A model generated the notes under the pieces. It ran no database searches. It was not told where the DNA came from and saw nothing but the letters and a program-made list of their open reading frames with translations. DNA of 64,000 nucleotides, taken from contig JAFRSV010000012.1 in NCBI GenBank assembly GCA_017427405.1, positions 5,103 through 69,102 of the forward strand, in the 5' to 3' direction. Source of the stretch: Alphaproteobacteria bacterium. Its GTDB lineage: Bacteria; Pseudomonadota; Alphaproteobacteria; Rs-D84. How positions within the stretch are numbered: the stretch's first letter is position 1; the number at the start of each line of letters is the position of its first letter. This document shows positions 34,329 to 44,460 of the stretch, piece after piece. The position numbers were made by a program, and so were the translations under genes.

Positions 34329-35145
34329 ATCTTTTTGGAATTTTTATGACCCATTGTATACCAATCATTCCGGGCTTTCCAATCGCATATATTGGGCGGA
34401 ATATGCGTTGCATAATGCGCGCGATTTTTATGTGTGTTTCGCCGTGTGCGGTTTTGGTTGTGACCGCGTTTATTGTTCCGTTTCCGCGGCGGCGCAGATG
34501 ATTTACCCAATCGGCACCACGTTTTTCCGCTTTCTTAATCAACATATTCATATCAACCGCGCCAAAGTGAAGCAGATATAAATTTTTATCAATGTGGAAA
34601 TTTTTGCCTTTGACATGATGAAAACCACTGCCCCAACGGGCGGGACGGAATAAGACAACCGGTTTTGTGTACCGCGTGGAAAGCAGTGCATATTCGCGCT
34701 GTGATAACATTGGTTTTGATGTGTCGATTGTTTTTTCTGTTTTCATATTTTGCCCAATGTCGAATCCAAGTCCGGAAACGGTTGTTTTATATTTTGATTC
34801 GGACAGATATTCGCAAAGTGATTTTTTTGCGTTCGGGTCAACGATTAAAAATTCGTCCGAATCGCAACCGATTACAATATCATAAGTTTTGAATAATTTA
34901 TTTGCTAAATCCGAAATTTTTCCGATTCTGTATTTGTCGCCCGCGGTGCGTGACATATCCGTGTGTGGCAGTTTTATTATGTTTGCACCATTAGCGTTTT
35001 TTGGCGCATCTTGGTCGGTGCCGTCAAGAATTATATAGAGATTTTCGTTGCCCAATTCATGGCCGTAATATTCAACCCACCGCGATAGAAAAAATTCATC
35101 ATTTCGCGCCATTGTGATGGCGGCAATTTTTTTTAGTTTTTGCAC
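34309..35145 (-). CDS. Glycosyltransferase family 2-like (Glyco_tranf_2_4-like) protein
   Basis: AAITMARNDEFFLSRWVEYY...YIILDGTDQ...CDSDEF pattern. Confidence 0.55.
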   Translation of the reverse strand: MQKLKKIAAITMARNDEFFLSRWVEYYGHELGNENLYIILDGTDQDAPKNANGANIIKLPHTDMSRTAGDKYRIGKISDLANKLFKTYDIVIGCDSDEFLIVDPNAKKSLCEYLSESKYKTTVSGLGFDIGQNMKTEKTIDTSKPMLSQREYALLSTRYTKPVVLFRPARWGSGFHHVKGKNFHIDKNLYLLHFGAVDMNMLIKKAEKRGADWVNHLRRRGNGTINAVTTKTAHGETHIKIARIMQRIFRPIYAIGKPGMIGIQWVIKIPKRFTKTTI

Positions 35146-35981
35146 AGTGCCCTCGATATAACATATTTTGTTTTACGCAATAAGATTTTAACAGGATTTT
35201 TTGTTAAAAGCCAATTTATATATTTTGTTCCGAATGTTTCGCGCGCCGAAAATAAAATATCATCTTGCAATTTTTTCGGAATATGATTCATCACATATAA
35301 AATTTGTCGCCCGTATGCGCCGAAATGCCGCGTAAATGAAAGTTTCTTGATAAACGGCATACGGATTTTATAAAGTTGTTTGATGCGATTATAAATTCCG
35401 CGATTGTATATATTATAAATACATTTCCATGCGATTTTATGTTCGTTTAATTTGCGTGTGAATCCGTTTTCATAAAGCGCGGTCACCATTGTTTTGTTTT
35501 CGACACGTTTTACCGACATGATAAAATCGCTGAACCATTTTGACATAAATACGTTGGGCCGCATACCGATAAACCAAGATTGAATGTGTTGGAATTTGCC
35601 ACCTGTTTTTTTAACCATACCGAATGCATCGGTGCCGAAAGATTCCATCTTGTTTAGGTATTCACCAATATCAAACAATGGGCCATATACGCTGTCGTTC
35701 ACCATATACATAAAATCATAGTTTGATAAATTCGTATTTTCGGTTGCCCAAATATATGCGCGTTTGTATGAACCAAAATCATATTCACCGTGGCGCGCAC
35801 CGGCGACATATATGCAGTATGGTTTTATTTTTTTTAGTTCAGATTCGTCGCAATCAGAATCCATAACCAAAACACAATCACCGTATTTTGCAAATTCGCG
35901 AATCATATGCATCAGTCCGGAATTTATTTTTCCGTTTTTATCGTAACCAGCAATTAAAAAGATGCGTTTAATTTTTTTCAT
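35133..35981 (-). CDS. Rhamnan synthesis protein F (RgpF)-like glycosyltransferase
   Basis: IFLIAGYDKNG...YGDCVLVMDSD...GEYDFGSYK...NDSVYGP resembles the RgpF family. Confidence 0.55.
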   Translation of the reverse strand: MKKIKRIFLIAGYDKNGKINSGLMHMIREFAKYGDCVLVMDSDCDESELKKIKPYCIYVAGARHGEYDFGSYKRAYIWATENTNLSNYDFMYMVNDSVYGPLFDIGEYLNKMESFGTDAFGMVKKTGGKFQHIQSWFIGMRPNVFMSKWFSDFIMSVKRVENKTMVTALYENGFTRKLNEHKIAWKCIYNIYNRGIYNRIKQLYKIRMPFIKKLSFTRHFGAYGRQILYVMNHIPKKLQDDILFSARETFGTKYINWLLTKNPVKILLRKTKYVISRALCKN

Positions 35982-36903
35982 GTTTTAGTTTTTCTATAAA
36001 TTTATCCATTATATCATCATAGATTTCATTGCGATCGTATTCTTTGAATTTTTCTGTCCCACGATAGCTTTGTGTGGATTGTGTTGTTGCTGAACCGCGA
36101 TTCAATCTTGCAATATATTCATCATAAGATTTTGTGTAGTAGTGATTTATTCTCAATTTATTATATGCAGGCGGATTATTTGTTTGATTTATATAGCCCA
36201 ATTTTTTTCCGTTGTTATCGATTGTCCAACCCGCAATGAAATTGGCATGTAGACTTTTGTATTCGACTAATAGACGTGGATTGACGATAGATTTTACACC
36301 CCATGTTTTTTTTGCGTGGTGTTTATAATTTTCTATGACCAGTCCGTTTGGTTTGTGAATATGTCCGGATGAACCGTATATTACCCATGTAACGACCAGT
36401 TGTGCAAAATTCTGTGGTAATGTGTGCAAAAATTCAGTAACGGTTTTATGATGAACCGGAATCAGAAATTCATCCAAATCAATCAATGCCAACCATCGTG
36501 TATCTTCTGTGTGATTGTTTATTATATCCAAGTATGCTGGTAATTGCATGTGTTTACCGGGAAACCAATGATATTCAACAATGCCACGTTCGATGTATGG
36601 GGCGAGTATTTCTCTGGTGTTATCATTTGAACCATTGTCATATAGAAAAAATTTTTTTATGCCGACGAGTACGTGAAAATCTAGCCATTCTTTTAGGTAT
36701 GGTCCTTCGTTTTTCATAATCGCACCAATGGCGATTTCGTTTGTAAATTTCTTTGTTTCATCAGTGTGTAGAACATTAAAATATTTACGAATGCCAAGTT
36801 GCAATATACCACGAAACGCGCGACGATAACTTTTCACAGGAATCCAAAATGTTAAAAGTTTTGAAAAAATTTTTTTTCGTTTTGATATTTTTGGTAATGC
36901 CAT
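35968..36903 (-). CDS. GT92/DUF23-like glycosyltransferase
   Basis: NEGPYLKEWLDFHVLVGIKKFFLYDNGSNDNT...IDLDEF pattern. Confidence 0.6.
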   Translation of the reverse strand: MALPKISKRKKIFSKLLTFWIPVKSYRRAFRGILQLGIRKYFNVLHTDETKKFTNEIAIGAIMKNEGPYLKEWLDFHVLVGIKKFFLYDNGSNDNTREILAPYIERGIVEYHWFPGKHMQLPAYLDIINNHTEDTRWLALIDLDEFLIPVHHKTVTEFLHTLPQNFAQLVVTWVIYGSSGHIHKPNGLVIENYKHHAKKTWGVKSIVNPRLLVEYKSLHANFIAGWTIDNNGKKLGYINQTNNPPAYNKLRINHYYTKSYDEYIARLNRGSATTQSTQSYRGTEKFKEYDRNEIYDDIMDKFIEKLKHEKN

Positions 36904-36951
36904 ACATAAGCCTTTTTTTAGACCTTAAAGCAAAAGTTATTTTTTTTCAAT

Positions 36952-36973
36952 AAAAAAACCGGCGATTGCCGGT
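36952..36973 (-). terminator. Rho-independent terminator of typA
   Basis: On the minus strand, ACCGGC-aatc-GCCGGT followed by TTTTTTT. Confidence 0.8.
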
Positions 36974-36980
36974 CTCGGTG

Positions 36981-38819
36981 TTATAATATTTCATCTTTGC
37001 CGCGGGCAAGTTTTTTGCGTTTGCCGCTGTCCAATTCTTTTTTGCGCAAACGGATTGTTGCGGGCGTGACTTCCACCAATTCATCGTCTTGGATATATGA
37101 TAACGCTTCTTCCAACGACATTTTGCGCGGTGGCGCAAGGAATAATTTTTCATCGGCCGTCACACTGCGCACATTGGTCAGTTCTTTGCCCTTTATTGGA
37201 TTGACCTCTAAATCATTTTCTTTGCTGTGTTCGCCAATAATCATACCGGAATAAACCTCGGTCTGGGGGCCAACAAACAAAACACCACGTGGTTCAAGGT
37301 TGTGCAACGCGTATGTCGCCGTAACACCGTTTTCCATTGAAACCAAAACACCCGGGCGATATTGCACAATTGGACCACGATATGGGCCATATTTATCAAA
37401 CACGCGATTCATAATACCGGTGCCACGCGTGTCGGTGCGGAATTCCGAAAGGTATCCGATAAGTCCGCGTGATGGCGCAGAAAACACAATACGCGTTTTG
37501 CCGCCACCAGATGCCTTCATTTCGGTAATTGTCGCCTTGCGCTTGGTCATTTTTTCAATAACAACGCCACTGAATTCATCATCGACATCAACAACGACTT
37601 CTTCGATTGGTTCCAACATTTCGCCGTTTTCGCCCGTGTGCATAACAACGCGTGGACGCGACACCGAAAGTTCGAAACCTTCGCGGCGCATTGTTTCAAT
37701 CAAAATCCCAAGTTGCAATTCGCCACGACCGGAAACTTCGAAAGATTCTTTGTTTTCACTTTGTGTGACTTTTAGTGCGATATTGGTTTCGGCCTCTTTG
37801 AAAAGACGTTCACCAATCATACGTGATGTAAGTTTTTTACCACTTTTCCCCGCAAGTGGTGATGTGTTTACGAAAAATGTCATGGTAAGGGTTGGTGGGT
37901 CAATCGGCATTGCGGGAATCGGTTCGGTGACTTCTGGCGCGCAAAGCGTGTCCGTCACGGTTGCCTTGCTGAATCCGGCAACGACGACGATGTCACCCGC
38001 CGACGCACTGTCGCGGGAAATTTTTTCAATTCCGCGGTGTTCAATAATTTTGGTGATTTTGGCGTTTTCGATAAATTCACCGTTCATATTTATTGCCTTA
38101 ACACTTTGTCCGACACGCACAGTACCCGATTCGATTTTTCCGGTAAGTATTCGGCCGACATACGGGTCCGATTCAAGGGTTGTTGCAAGCATGGTGAACG
38201 GGGCATCAATCATGCAACGCGTACCATTGCAATCCGGTGCCGGCACGTGGTCAACAATAAGTTGGAACAATGGGGTCAAATCCCGGTGTTCGTCGTTCAA
38301 ATCGCGCACCGCCCAACCGTCGCGTCCAACCGCATAAAGGTATGGAAAATCAAGTTGTGCATCGTCCGCACCCAATTTATCGAACAGGTCAAAAGTTTCG
38401 GATAAAACTTCGTCCGGGCGGGCATCGCCACGGTCAACTTTGTTGATACAAACAATAGGGCGCAGCCCCAGTTTTAATGCCTTGGATAATACGAATTTCG
38501 TTTGGGGCAGGGGGCCTTCGGCACTGTCGACCAATAGGACAACACCATCAACCATTGACAAAATACGTTCTACTTCACCACCAAAGTCCGCGTGGCCCGG
38601 CGTATCAACGATGTTTATTTTATAATCACGCCAAATGACCGATGTCGGCTTTGCGGAAATGGTAATGCCGCGTTCGCGTTCGATGTCGCCACTGTCCATC
38701 ACGCGGTCATCCACGCGTTCATCTTCGCGGAAAGTTCCCGCCTGTTTCAACATATTATCGACCAAGGTTGTTTTTCCATGGTCAACGTGTGCAATAATCG
38801 CGATGTTTCTAATTTTCAT
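36981..38819 (-). CDS. typA: Translational GTPase TypA/BipA
   Basis: AHVDHGKTTL, DTPGHADF and NKVD, with an EF-G-like domain layout. Confidence 0.96.
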   Translation of the reverse strand: MKIRNIAIIAHVDHGKTTLVDNMLKQAGTFREDERVDDRVMDSGDIERERGITISAKPTSVIWRDYKINIVDTPGHADFGGEVERILSMVDGVVLLVDSAEGPLPQTKFVLSKALKLGLRPIVCINKVDRGDARPDEVLSETFDLFDKLGADDAQLDFPYLYAVGRDGWAVRDLNDEHRDLTPLFQLIVDHVPAPDCNGTRCMIDAPFTMLATTLESDPYVGRILTGKIESGTVRVGQSVKAINMNGEFIENAKITKIIEHRGIEKISRDSASAGDIVVVAGFSKATVTDTLCAPEVTEPIPAMPIDPPTLTMTFFVNTSPLAGKSGKKLTSRMIGERLFKEAETNIALKVTQSENKESFEVSGRGELQLGILIETMRREGFELSVSRPRVVMHTGENGEMLEPIEEVVVDVDDEFSGVVIEKMTKRKATITEMKASGGGKTRIVFSAPSRGLIGYLSEFRTDTRGTGIMNRVFDKYGPYRGPIVQYRPGVLVSMENGVTATYALHNLEPRGVLFVGPQTEVYSGMIIGEHSKENDLEVNPIKGKELTNVRSVTADEKLFLAPPRKMSLEEALSYIQDDELVEVTPATIRLRKKELDSGKRKKLARGKDEIL

Positions 38820-38934
38820 ATATTTGCCCTTTTTTAGCACAGAATTTTATCATGTATTTTTGCATTTTCAAATAAAATTTGATTTTGCTTATGGGGTGCT
38901 ATATAATGCAAACGTAATGCCGAAAGGATTAAAC

Positions 38935-39399
38935 ATGGAAAGAAAATTTAAAAGAGATGTTTCAGAAAGTTTAAAATGTTTGCATTCGATTTTGTTGAAA
39001 AAGGCTAAATTGCAAAATTTATCGAAAGACCAGTTTCAAAAATGTATGGAATATTTGAATTTTTTGCAATTTGTTGCTTCTAATACCGCGGCATGTTGTA
39101 ATCCGGAATATTTTGTTAAAAATGTTCAAAAAATGGGATTTGACGTGCAAACGAATTTTAATTTGTTTGACGTTGACGAGGTGGCTGCACAGTGTGTTTA
39201 TGACATTATGCTATGTCGGCGTGACTATATATATTGGGGTGATGAAAAACTGCGCAAGACCGGGAAATTTTTTGAGTATAAATACAAATCACGACAAGAA
39301 GCAATCGATGCGATGCGTCTGTTCAAACGCGATGTAATTCAGATGGTCGGTGGTATGATTCCGTATTTTATGCGAAATTTGCTTGGTAAAAACAGATAG
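38935..39399 (+). CDS. Hypothetical protein (AT-rich orphan)
   Basis: 154 aa ORF with an upstream TTGATT, 17 nt, TATAAT promoter-like sequence near 38880. No recognisable motifs. Confidence 0.45.
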   Translation: MERKFKRDVSESLKCLHSILLKKAKLQNLSKDQFQKCMEYLNFLQFVASNTAACCNPEYFVKNVQKMGFDVQTNFNLFDVDEVAAQCVYDIMLCRRDYIYWGDEKLRKTGKFFEYKYKSRQEAIDAMRLFKRDVIQMVGGMIPYFMRNLLGKNR

Positions 39400-39528
39400 A
39401 ACACCGTCTGTTTCTATTAGTGTTTTTCCTGATTTTAGTGTGGTCGTCCATCCGCCTTCGCCGATAAGTGTTAAGTTTGTTTTACTATTACAAACAAATG
39501 CTACGGCGCGATTGGGCGGAACGGGCTA

Positions 39529-40809
39529 TTAGTGTTTTCCACCAATCTTCGTGCGGCCGCCCATTAATGGTTGCAGTTTTTTCGGAATGTTCACGGACCC
39601 GTCAGCGTTTTGGTGGTTTTCAATTACCGGCACCAATGCGCGGGGCAGGGCGATTCCAGTGTTGTTTAATGTTGCGACAAATTTCACTTCGCCGGTTGCG
39701 TTTTCGCGATAGCGCGTGTTTGTGCGGCGGGCCTGAAATTGGCCAATTGATGAACAAGACCCCAATTCCCGATATGCGTTTTCGGATGGGAACCATGCCT
39801 CGACATCATTCATTTTCACTTTGTTGAATCCCATGTCACCGGTGGAATTTGCAATTACGCGATATGGTAATTCCAAATCCGCCATAACTTCGCACAGGTT
39901 ATTTAATAAGTGTTCGTGCATTTCGTCGCTTTGTTCGGGGGTGCAAAATACATATTGTTCAACTTTGTTAAATTGGTGCACACGAACAATTCCGCGCGTG
40001 TCGCGACCGGCGGCGCCGGCCTCTTTGCGAAAGCATGGCGAAAAGCCCGCGTATTTTATTGGTAATTCGTTTTCAGATAAAATTTCATCCGCGTGCATAG
40101 AATTCAAAACAATTTCCGCCGTCCCGGTTAGACAACGGTCGGTTCCTTCCAACATAAACACATCATTATTCATAACCGATAAATCCGAACCCATAAAATG
40201 TCCCGCGTTGAATATGGTTTGTGGTTTGGAAATTGATGGACATTCAATATATTTGAAACCTTTGCTAATCAATTTTTGAATTACATATGTTTGTATGGCC
40301 AGTGATAATTCCGCCGCTTCGCCGGCAAGTGCATAAACGCGTGTGCCACAAACACCTGCGATTTTTTCCGGCATCCACCAACCATTCATATCAAGTAATT
40401 CCCACTGGGGCCGCGGGGTGAAATCAAATTCGCGTGGGGTGCCGACACGGCGAACCTCTACATTTGTGGAATCGTCCGCGCCAACGGGTGCATCGGCCGC
40501 CGGAATTTGTGGAACGCGGTGCAAAAGGTCGTTTAACTTTGCTTCCTTTTCCGCAAGTTCCGCCAAATCGTTTGCAATCTCTTCGCCAATTTGTTTGGAT
40601 TTTGCGATAAGTGGCGCCTTGTCCGTGGCGGTTGGAATTTCGCGCGAAAGTTTATTTTTTTCGGCGGTTTTCGTTTGGGTAATTGTCTTTAATTCGCGAA
40701 CGCGCACATCCAATGATAAAATGTCATCGACAACATCCGGAAAGTTTTTTACCCGGCATGCGTTTTTTACAATATCTGGGTTTTCACGAATAAATTTCAT
40801 ATCCAACAT
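39529..40809 (-). CDS. serS: Seryl-tRNA synthetase
   Basis: N-terminal coiled coil and class II motifs (FRKEAGAAGRDTRGIVRVHQF, GIALPRALVPVIEN). Confidence 0.96.
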   Translation of the reverse strand: MLDMKFIRENPDIVKNACRVKNFPDVVDDILSLDVRVRELKTITQTKTAEKNKLSREIPTATDKAPLIAKSKQIGEEIANDLAELAEKEAKLNDLLHRVPQIPAADAPVGADDSTNVEVRRVGTPREFDFTPRPQWELLDMNGWWMPEKIAGVCGTRVYALAGEAAELSLAIQTYVIQKLISKGFKYIECPSISKPQTIFNAGHFMGSDLSVMNNDVFMLEGTDRCLTGTAEIVLNSMHADEILSENELPIKYAGFSPCFRKEAGAAGRDTRGIVRVHQFNKVEQYVFCTPEQSDEMHEHLLNNLCEVMADLELPYRVIANSTGDMGFNKVKMNDVEAWFPSENAYRELGSCSSIGQFQARRTNTRYRENATGEVKFVATLNNTGIALPRALVPVIENHQNADGSVNIPKKLQPLMGGRTKIGGKH

Positions 40810-40826
40810 TTGTCATCCTTTTTTAC

Positions 40827-41729
40827 TTATGCGTTTGCGTTAAGGTATGCGATGGCATCCATTGCCGCGGTGCAACCCGTGCCGACCGCCGTTGCAATTT
40901 GCATTTTTAGTCCCGAATGAACGTCGCCGGCGACAAACATTCCGCGTGGTAACGCGTCCGGTGCCAATCGCCCAAGTTCGTCGCGTTTGATGTTTTCGGT
41001 TAAATAATCGGTGTTTGCTTCGTGTCCAATCGCAACAAAAATTCCGTCACAGATAATTTGTTCATCGTTTGTTGTTGTTGCAATCAGTTCACCGTTTTCG
41101 GAATTCGGGCGCGCCGATATAGATTTTAATTCTGTGTTGAATACACATTCGATATTAGATTTTGCCGCGACGCGGTCACGGATGATTGCTTCGGCGCGGG
41201 TGAATGCAGATTTGCGATAGATGATTTTTACCGTTTTTGCAATGTCCGCTAAATACAGCGCATCGTTTAGTGCGGAATTGCCACCACCGATAACAAGAAC
41301 CGTTTTGCCACCATAGAAAAATCCATCACATGTTGCACAATATGAAACACCGCGGCCAAAGAATTCACGTGCGCCCGCAATTTCAAGTTTTCGCGGACTG
41401 GCCCCCGTTGCCAAAATAATACTGCGCGTGTCATATTTTTTTCCGTGTGTGTCGGTCAGTGTAAATGTATTGTTTTCACCGTTTTCAATATGCGCGATTG
41501 TATTCATTTCGATTTTTGCACCGAAAGATTCCGCTTGCCCTTTCATAAATTGGATAAGGTCAAAACCCGACCCACGAAATCCGGGGTAATTTTCAAGTGT
41601 TGCGATTCCGGCGGTTTGTCCGCCAAGTGTGTCGCCACCCATAACAAGTGTGTTTTTGTTTGCACGTCCGCAATACAGTGCCGCGGTCAATCCCGCCGGC
41701 CCAGAACCCAAAATAATAACATCGTACAT
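40827..41729 (-). CDS. trxB: Thioredoxin-disulfide reductase
   Basis: GSGPAG, redox CATC and GGGNSA motifs. Confidence 0.93.
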   Translation of the reverse strand: MYDVIILGSGPAGLTAALYCGRANKNTLVMGGDTLGGQTAGIATLENYPGFRGSGFDLIQFMKGQAESFGAKIEMNTIAHIENGENNTFTLTDTHGKKYDTRSIILATGASPRKLEIAGAREFFGRGVSYCATCDGFFYGGKTVLVIGGGNSALNDALYLADIAKTVKIIYRKSAFTRAEAIIRDRVAAKSNIECVFNTELKSISARPNSENGELIATTTNDEQIICDGIFVAIGHEANTDYLTENIKRDELGRLAPDALPRGMFVAGDVHSGLKMQIATAVGTGCTAAMDAIAYLNANA

Positions 41730-41792
41730 GTAAAAATCCTTTTTGTGGGTCATAACATAGCACAAATTCATCAAATGTGCCATAAAAAATTC

Positions 41793-42287
41793 TTATTTGC
41801 CGAAATGCTTTTTTAGTGTTTGATACGCGGCGGAAATTTTTGCAAATTCGGCACCCGATGAATCGGATGTTTTTGCCGTATCCGGGTGATATTTTTTCGC
41901 AAGTGCGCGGTATTTTACACCAATTTCACGCCACGATGCGGTGATTGGTAATTCAAGTGTTTTGAATGCCGAAACAATTGCCGACGGCAGTGATTTTTTT
42001 GGTGGCATTTTATCAAAACTTGCGCGGCCGGTAATAAAATCGTTCAAAAATTTTATGTAATCGGCGGTGTCTTGGGGACTGCGTTTGCCGACCGGTTCGC
42101 CGAATGTTTGGCGTTCCCAATCTTCTTCGATTTCATCGGCGGACATATTCGCATAGTAATTCCAATTTTTATTGTATTCGGCGGCGTGTTCCTTGCAAAA
42201 AGACCAGTATTCTTTTAGGTCGCGTGTCTTTGGTGCGCGACAAGTGCCCGCCCGTGTGCAACCGGGAAAATCACATTTTTTAATCAT
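41793..42287 (-). CDS. J-domain protein with an N-terminal Cys-rich region
   Basis: C-terminal J domain with HPD (KKYHPDTAK). The start at 42287 overlaps the xerD stop. Confidence 0.7.
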   Translation of the reverse strand: MIKKCDFPGCTRAGTCRAPKTRDLKEYWSFCKEHAAEYNKNWNYYANMSADEIEEDWERQTFGEPVGKRSPQDTADYIKFLNDFITGRASFDKMPPKKSLPSAIVSAFKTLELPITASWREIGVKYRALAKKYHPDTAKTSDSSGAEFAKISAAYQTLKKHFGK

Positions 42288-43152
42288 TGTTTGTGTGTCC
42301 TTTTTTATCTGAAAGTGGGTGATGTTCGGCGACAACCTGTTGCAATTTTTCAGGCAGAACATGCGTGTAAATTTGTGTTGTTGATATGTCTTCGTGTCCA
42401 AGCATGGTTTGAATTGCCCGCAAATTTGCACCGTGCGACAGCAAGTGCGATGCAAACGAATGTCGCAAAACATGCGGGCCAACGCGCGTAGGCGCAATTC
42501 CGGCAAGTGTCGCACATTTTTTTAGCAATTTGAAAAAACCGTCGCGTGTTATGTGCCCCGATGCACCGCGCGATGGAAAAACAAATTTCGATTCGTCCGC
42601 ATCGCGCATACGCAACCATCGGGCAAGGGCGGTTTGTGCTTCGGCATGCATGGGGACAATGCGTTCCTTGGAACCCTTGCCGTGAATCAAAAGGCGGTCG
42701 CCAAGTATCGCCGTCATTGGTAATTCGCAAAGTTCGGACACACGCAGGCCCGATGCGTAAATCAATTCTATCATTGCACGCAGACGGGTTGCATTGCGGA
42801 CATCGCCCGCCGAAGATATAAGTAATTCGATTTCTTCGGTGGTAAGTAATTTTGGTAACGGTTTTGGTCGTTTGGGCAATTCGATGTTTGTTGCGGGATT
42901 TTTTGTAATTATATGTTCCAACATTAAAAACTTATAAAATCCGCGCAGTGCGCTCGCCTTGCGGGCGATGGATGTTGGGCACGCAGACAGTTCGCCAAGG
43001 TATTTTTGAATATCCGTGGCGGTGGCGTTTACCAATCCGCCATTTATCGCCGCGTCCGCCATACGTAAATCGTTGGCATACGATGCAAGGGTGTTTTTGC
43101 TGCGCCCTTTTTCGGCGGAAAGTGCCTCTAAGAAAACATCGATATAGTTCAT
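42280..43152 (-). CDS. xerD: Tyrosine recombinase XerD-like
   Basis: N-terminal EKGRSKNTLASYANDL, and catalytic HVLRHSFASHLL and LGHEDISTTQIYTHV. Confidence 0.8.
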   Translation of the reverse strand: MNYIDVFLEALSAEKGRSKNTLASYANDLRMADAAINGGLVNATATDIQKYLGELSACPTSIARKASALRGFYKFLMLEHIITKNPATNIELPKRPKPLPKLLTTEEIELLISSAGDVRNATRLRAMIELIYASGLRVSELCELPMTAILGDRLLIHGKGSKERIVPMHAEAQTALARWLRMRDADESKFVFPSRGASGHITRDGFFKLLKKCATLAGIAPTRVGPHVLRHSFASHLLSHGANLRAIQTMLGHEDISTTQIYTHVLPEKLQQVVAEHHPLSDKKGHTNND

Positions 43153-43283
43153 TATTCGTATAATATAACCTCGGTCACGTTGTTGGTTGGCGGAAAATAT
43201 ACCATCATCAAAACAACAAGTATGATGATTAGTATGCATACAACGAATTTCCACAGACCAGAACTTTTTTTACGCAGTGGCAT
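43152..43283 (-). CDS. Small (43 aa) single-TM protein, translationally coupled to xerD
   Basis: AAGGGGGA RBS 5 nt before the ATG. Hydrophobic core FVVCILIIILVVLMMV. Its TAA overlaps the xerD ATG (TAATG). Confidence 0.4.
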   Translation of the reverse strand: MPLRKKSSGLWKFVVCILIIILVVLMMVYFPPTNNVTEVILYE

Positions 43284-43299
43284 TTGTGTCCCCCTTTTT

Positions 43300-44358
43300 T
43301 TATATTGTATCAAACCCAGCGATAAATATGCCCGCCGCAGCAATGATAATTAGTGGCGGTGCAATAATCGCAAGCAATGGTGGCAATGTGCCGTTCGCGC
43401 CCAGTGCACTAAATATATTTAGTAAGAAATACAATATGAAACATGTAAGTATTCCAATGGCAAATTTTGTTCCAAAACTGTGGTTGCGGCGTTGGTGTGT
43501 TTGTGAAAATGCAACCCCAAGTGTCGCCATTGCAATCATACTAAGCGGTAAAAACAGCAGTGTCCAAAACTGAATAATATGCCCGTGCACCGGAACACCA
43601 ACCGCAGACATTTTCTTGATAAATTGTGGCAGGTTCCAAAATGAAATTTGGTCGGGTTGCAGGTATCGGTCAAGTATTGTTTTGGGTGTTATTTGTGTTT
43701 CGCGTGTCCATGTATCGCGGTGCGCGTGTCCGGTTGCGTCGAATATATTTGCGTTTGCGGTGGTAAGTGTGTTCCCCGAAAGTGTTGCGCGCGCGGTGTC
43801 AACGTGGGCGTTTAACCTAAAATTCGAATCTTGAACCATGATTGTTGTGTCATGAAAGATTAAATCTGTGTTATCTTGGGTTACATTTTTTGCGATAATG
43901 GTTGTGTATTCATCGCCCGAAAAATCACGCACCCATATTTTCCCGTCAACTAATTTAAGGTATTCGGAACTTATATTTTTTGAACGCAGATTTACCGCAT
44001 ATGGATTTATAACCGTTGTTGCAAATACGCCGATTAAAAATGCGCCAACCAAAAAAGGTCGCGCCATTTGATATGGTGAAAGCCCCGCGCCGGAAATGAT
44101 GACACCTTCACTGGACCGGGTAAGGTTATAGTATGCGACCAAAGTTCCCATAAAAACCGCAAGTGGTAAAAACATCGGCACATATTCGACAAGACGTATC
44201 CATGCGTCGTTTAGTGCAAGCAGTGCCGTTGGGTACCCAGGCAACCTTTCGACAAAGGTGACCGCGAATATGATTCCGCACACAATCAGCAATACCAACC
44301 CAACGCCCATAAAAAAGCGTTTGAATAAAAATCTTGAAAGAATACGACTGTGTGCCAT
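43300..44358 (-). CDS. LptF/LptG family LPS export permease
   Basis: YjgP/YjgQ-like topology with 6 TM segments and a central periplasmic domain. Confidence 0.75.
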   Translation of the reverse strand: MAHSRILSRFLFKRFFMGVGLVLLIVCGIIFAVTFVERLPGYPTALLALNDAWIRLVEYVPMFLPLAVFMGTLVAYYNLTRSSEGVIISGAGLSPYQMARPFLVGAFLIGVFATTVINPYAVNLRSKNISSEYLKLVDGKIWVRDFSGDEYTTIIAKNVTQDNTDLIFHDTTIMVQDSNFRLNAHVDTARATLSGNTLTTANANIFDATGHAHRDTWTRETQITPKTILDRYLQPDQISFWNLPQFIKKMSAVGVPVHGHIIQFWTLLFLPLSMIAMATLGVAFSQTHQRRNHSFGTKFAIGILTCFILYFLLNIFSALGANGTLPPLLAIIAPPLIIIAAAGIFIAGFDTI

Positions 44359-44460
44359 TTTGGTTATTGCCTGTTTGGAAAGTATAGCCTGTTTATTTCC
44401 CGATTGCAAAATTAAAATGAATATTTATAATATGTCGGATAAATAAAAAGGAAGTATAAA

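Noticed and set aside
37300-38337. 345-aa ORF on the plus strand
   Set aside because: Antisense shadow of typA, with S/P/T/R-rich composition and no recognisable domain.
42280-43152. Tyrosine recombinase as a marker of a mobile element or integron
   Set aside because: Its sequence pattern and its context (housekeeping operon with trxB, serS and a J-domain protein) fit chromosomal XerD. No att-like repeats flank it.
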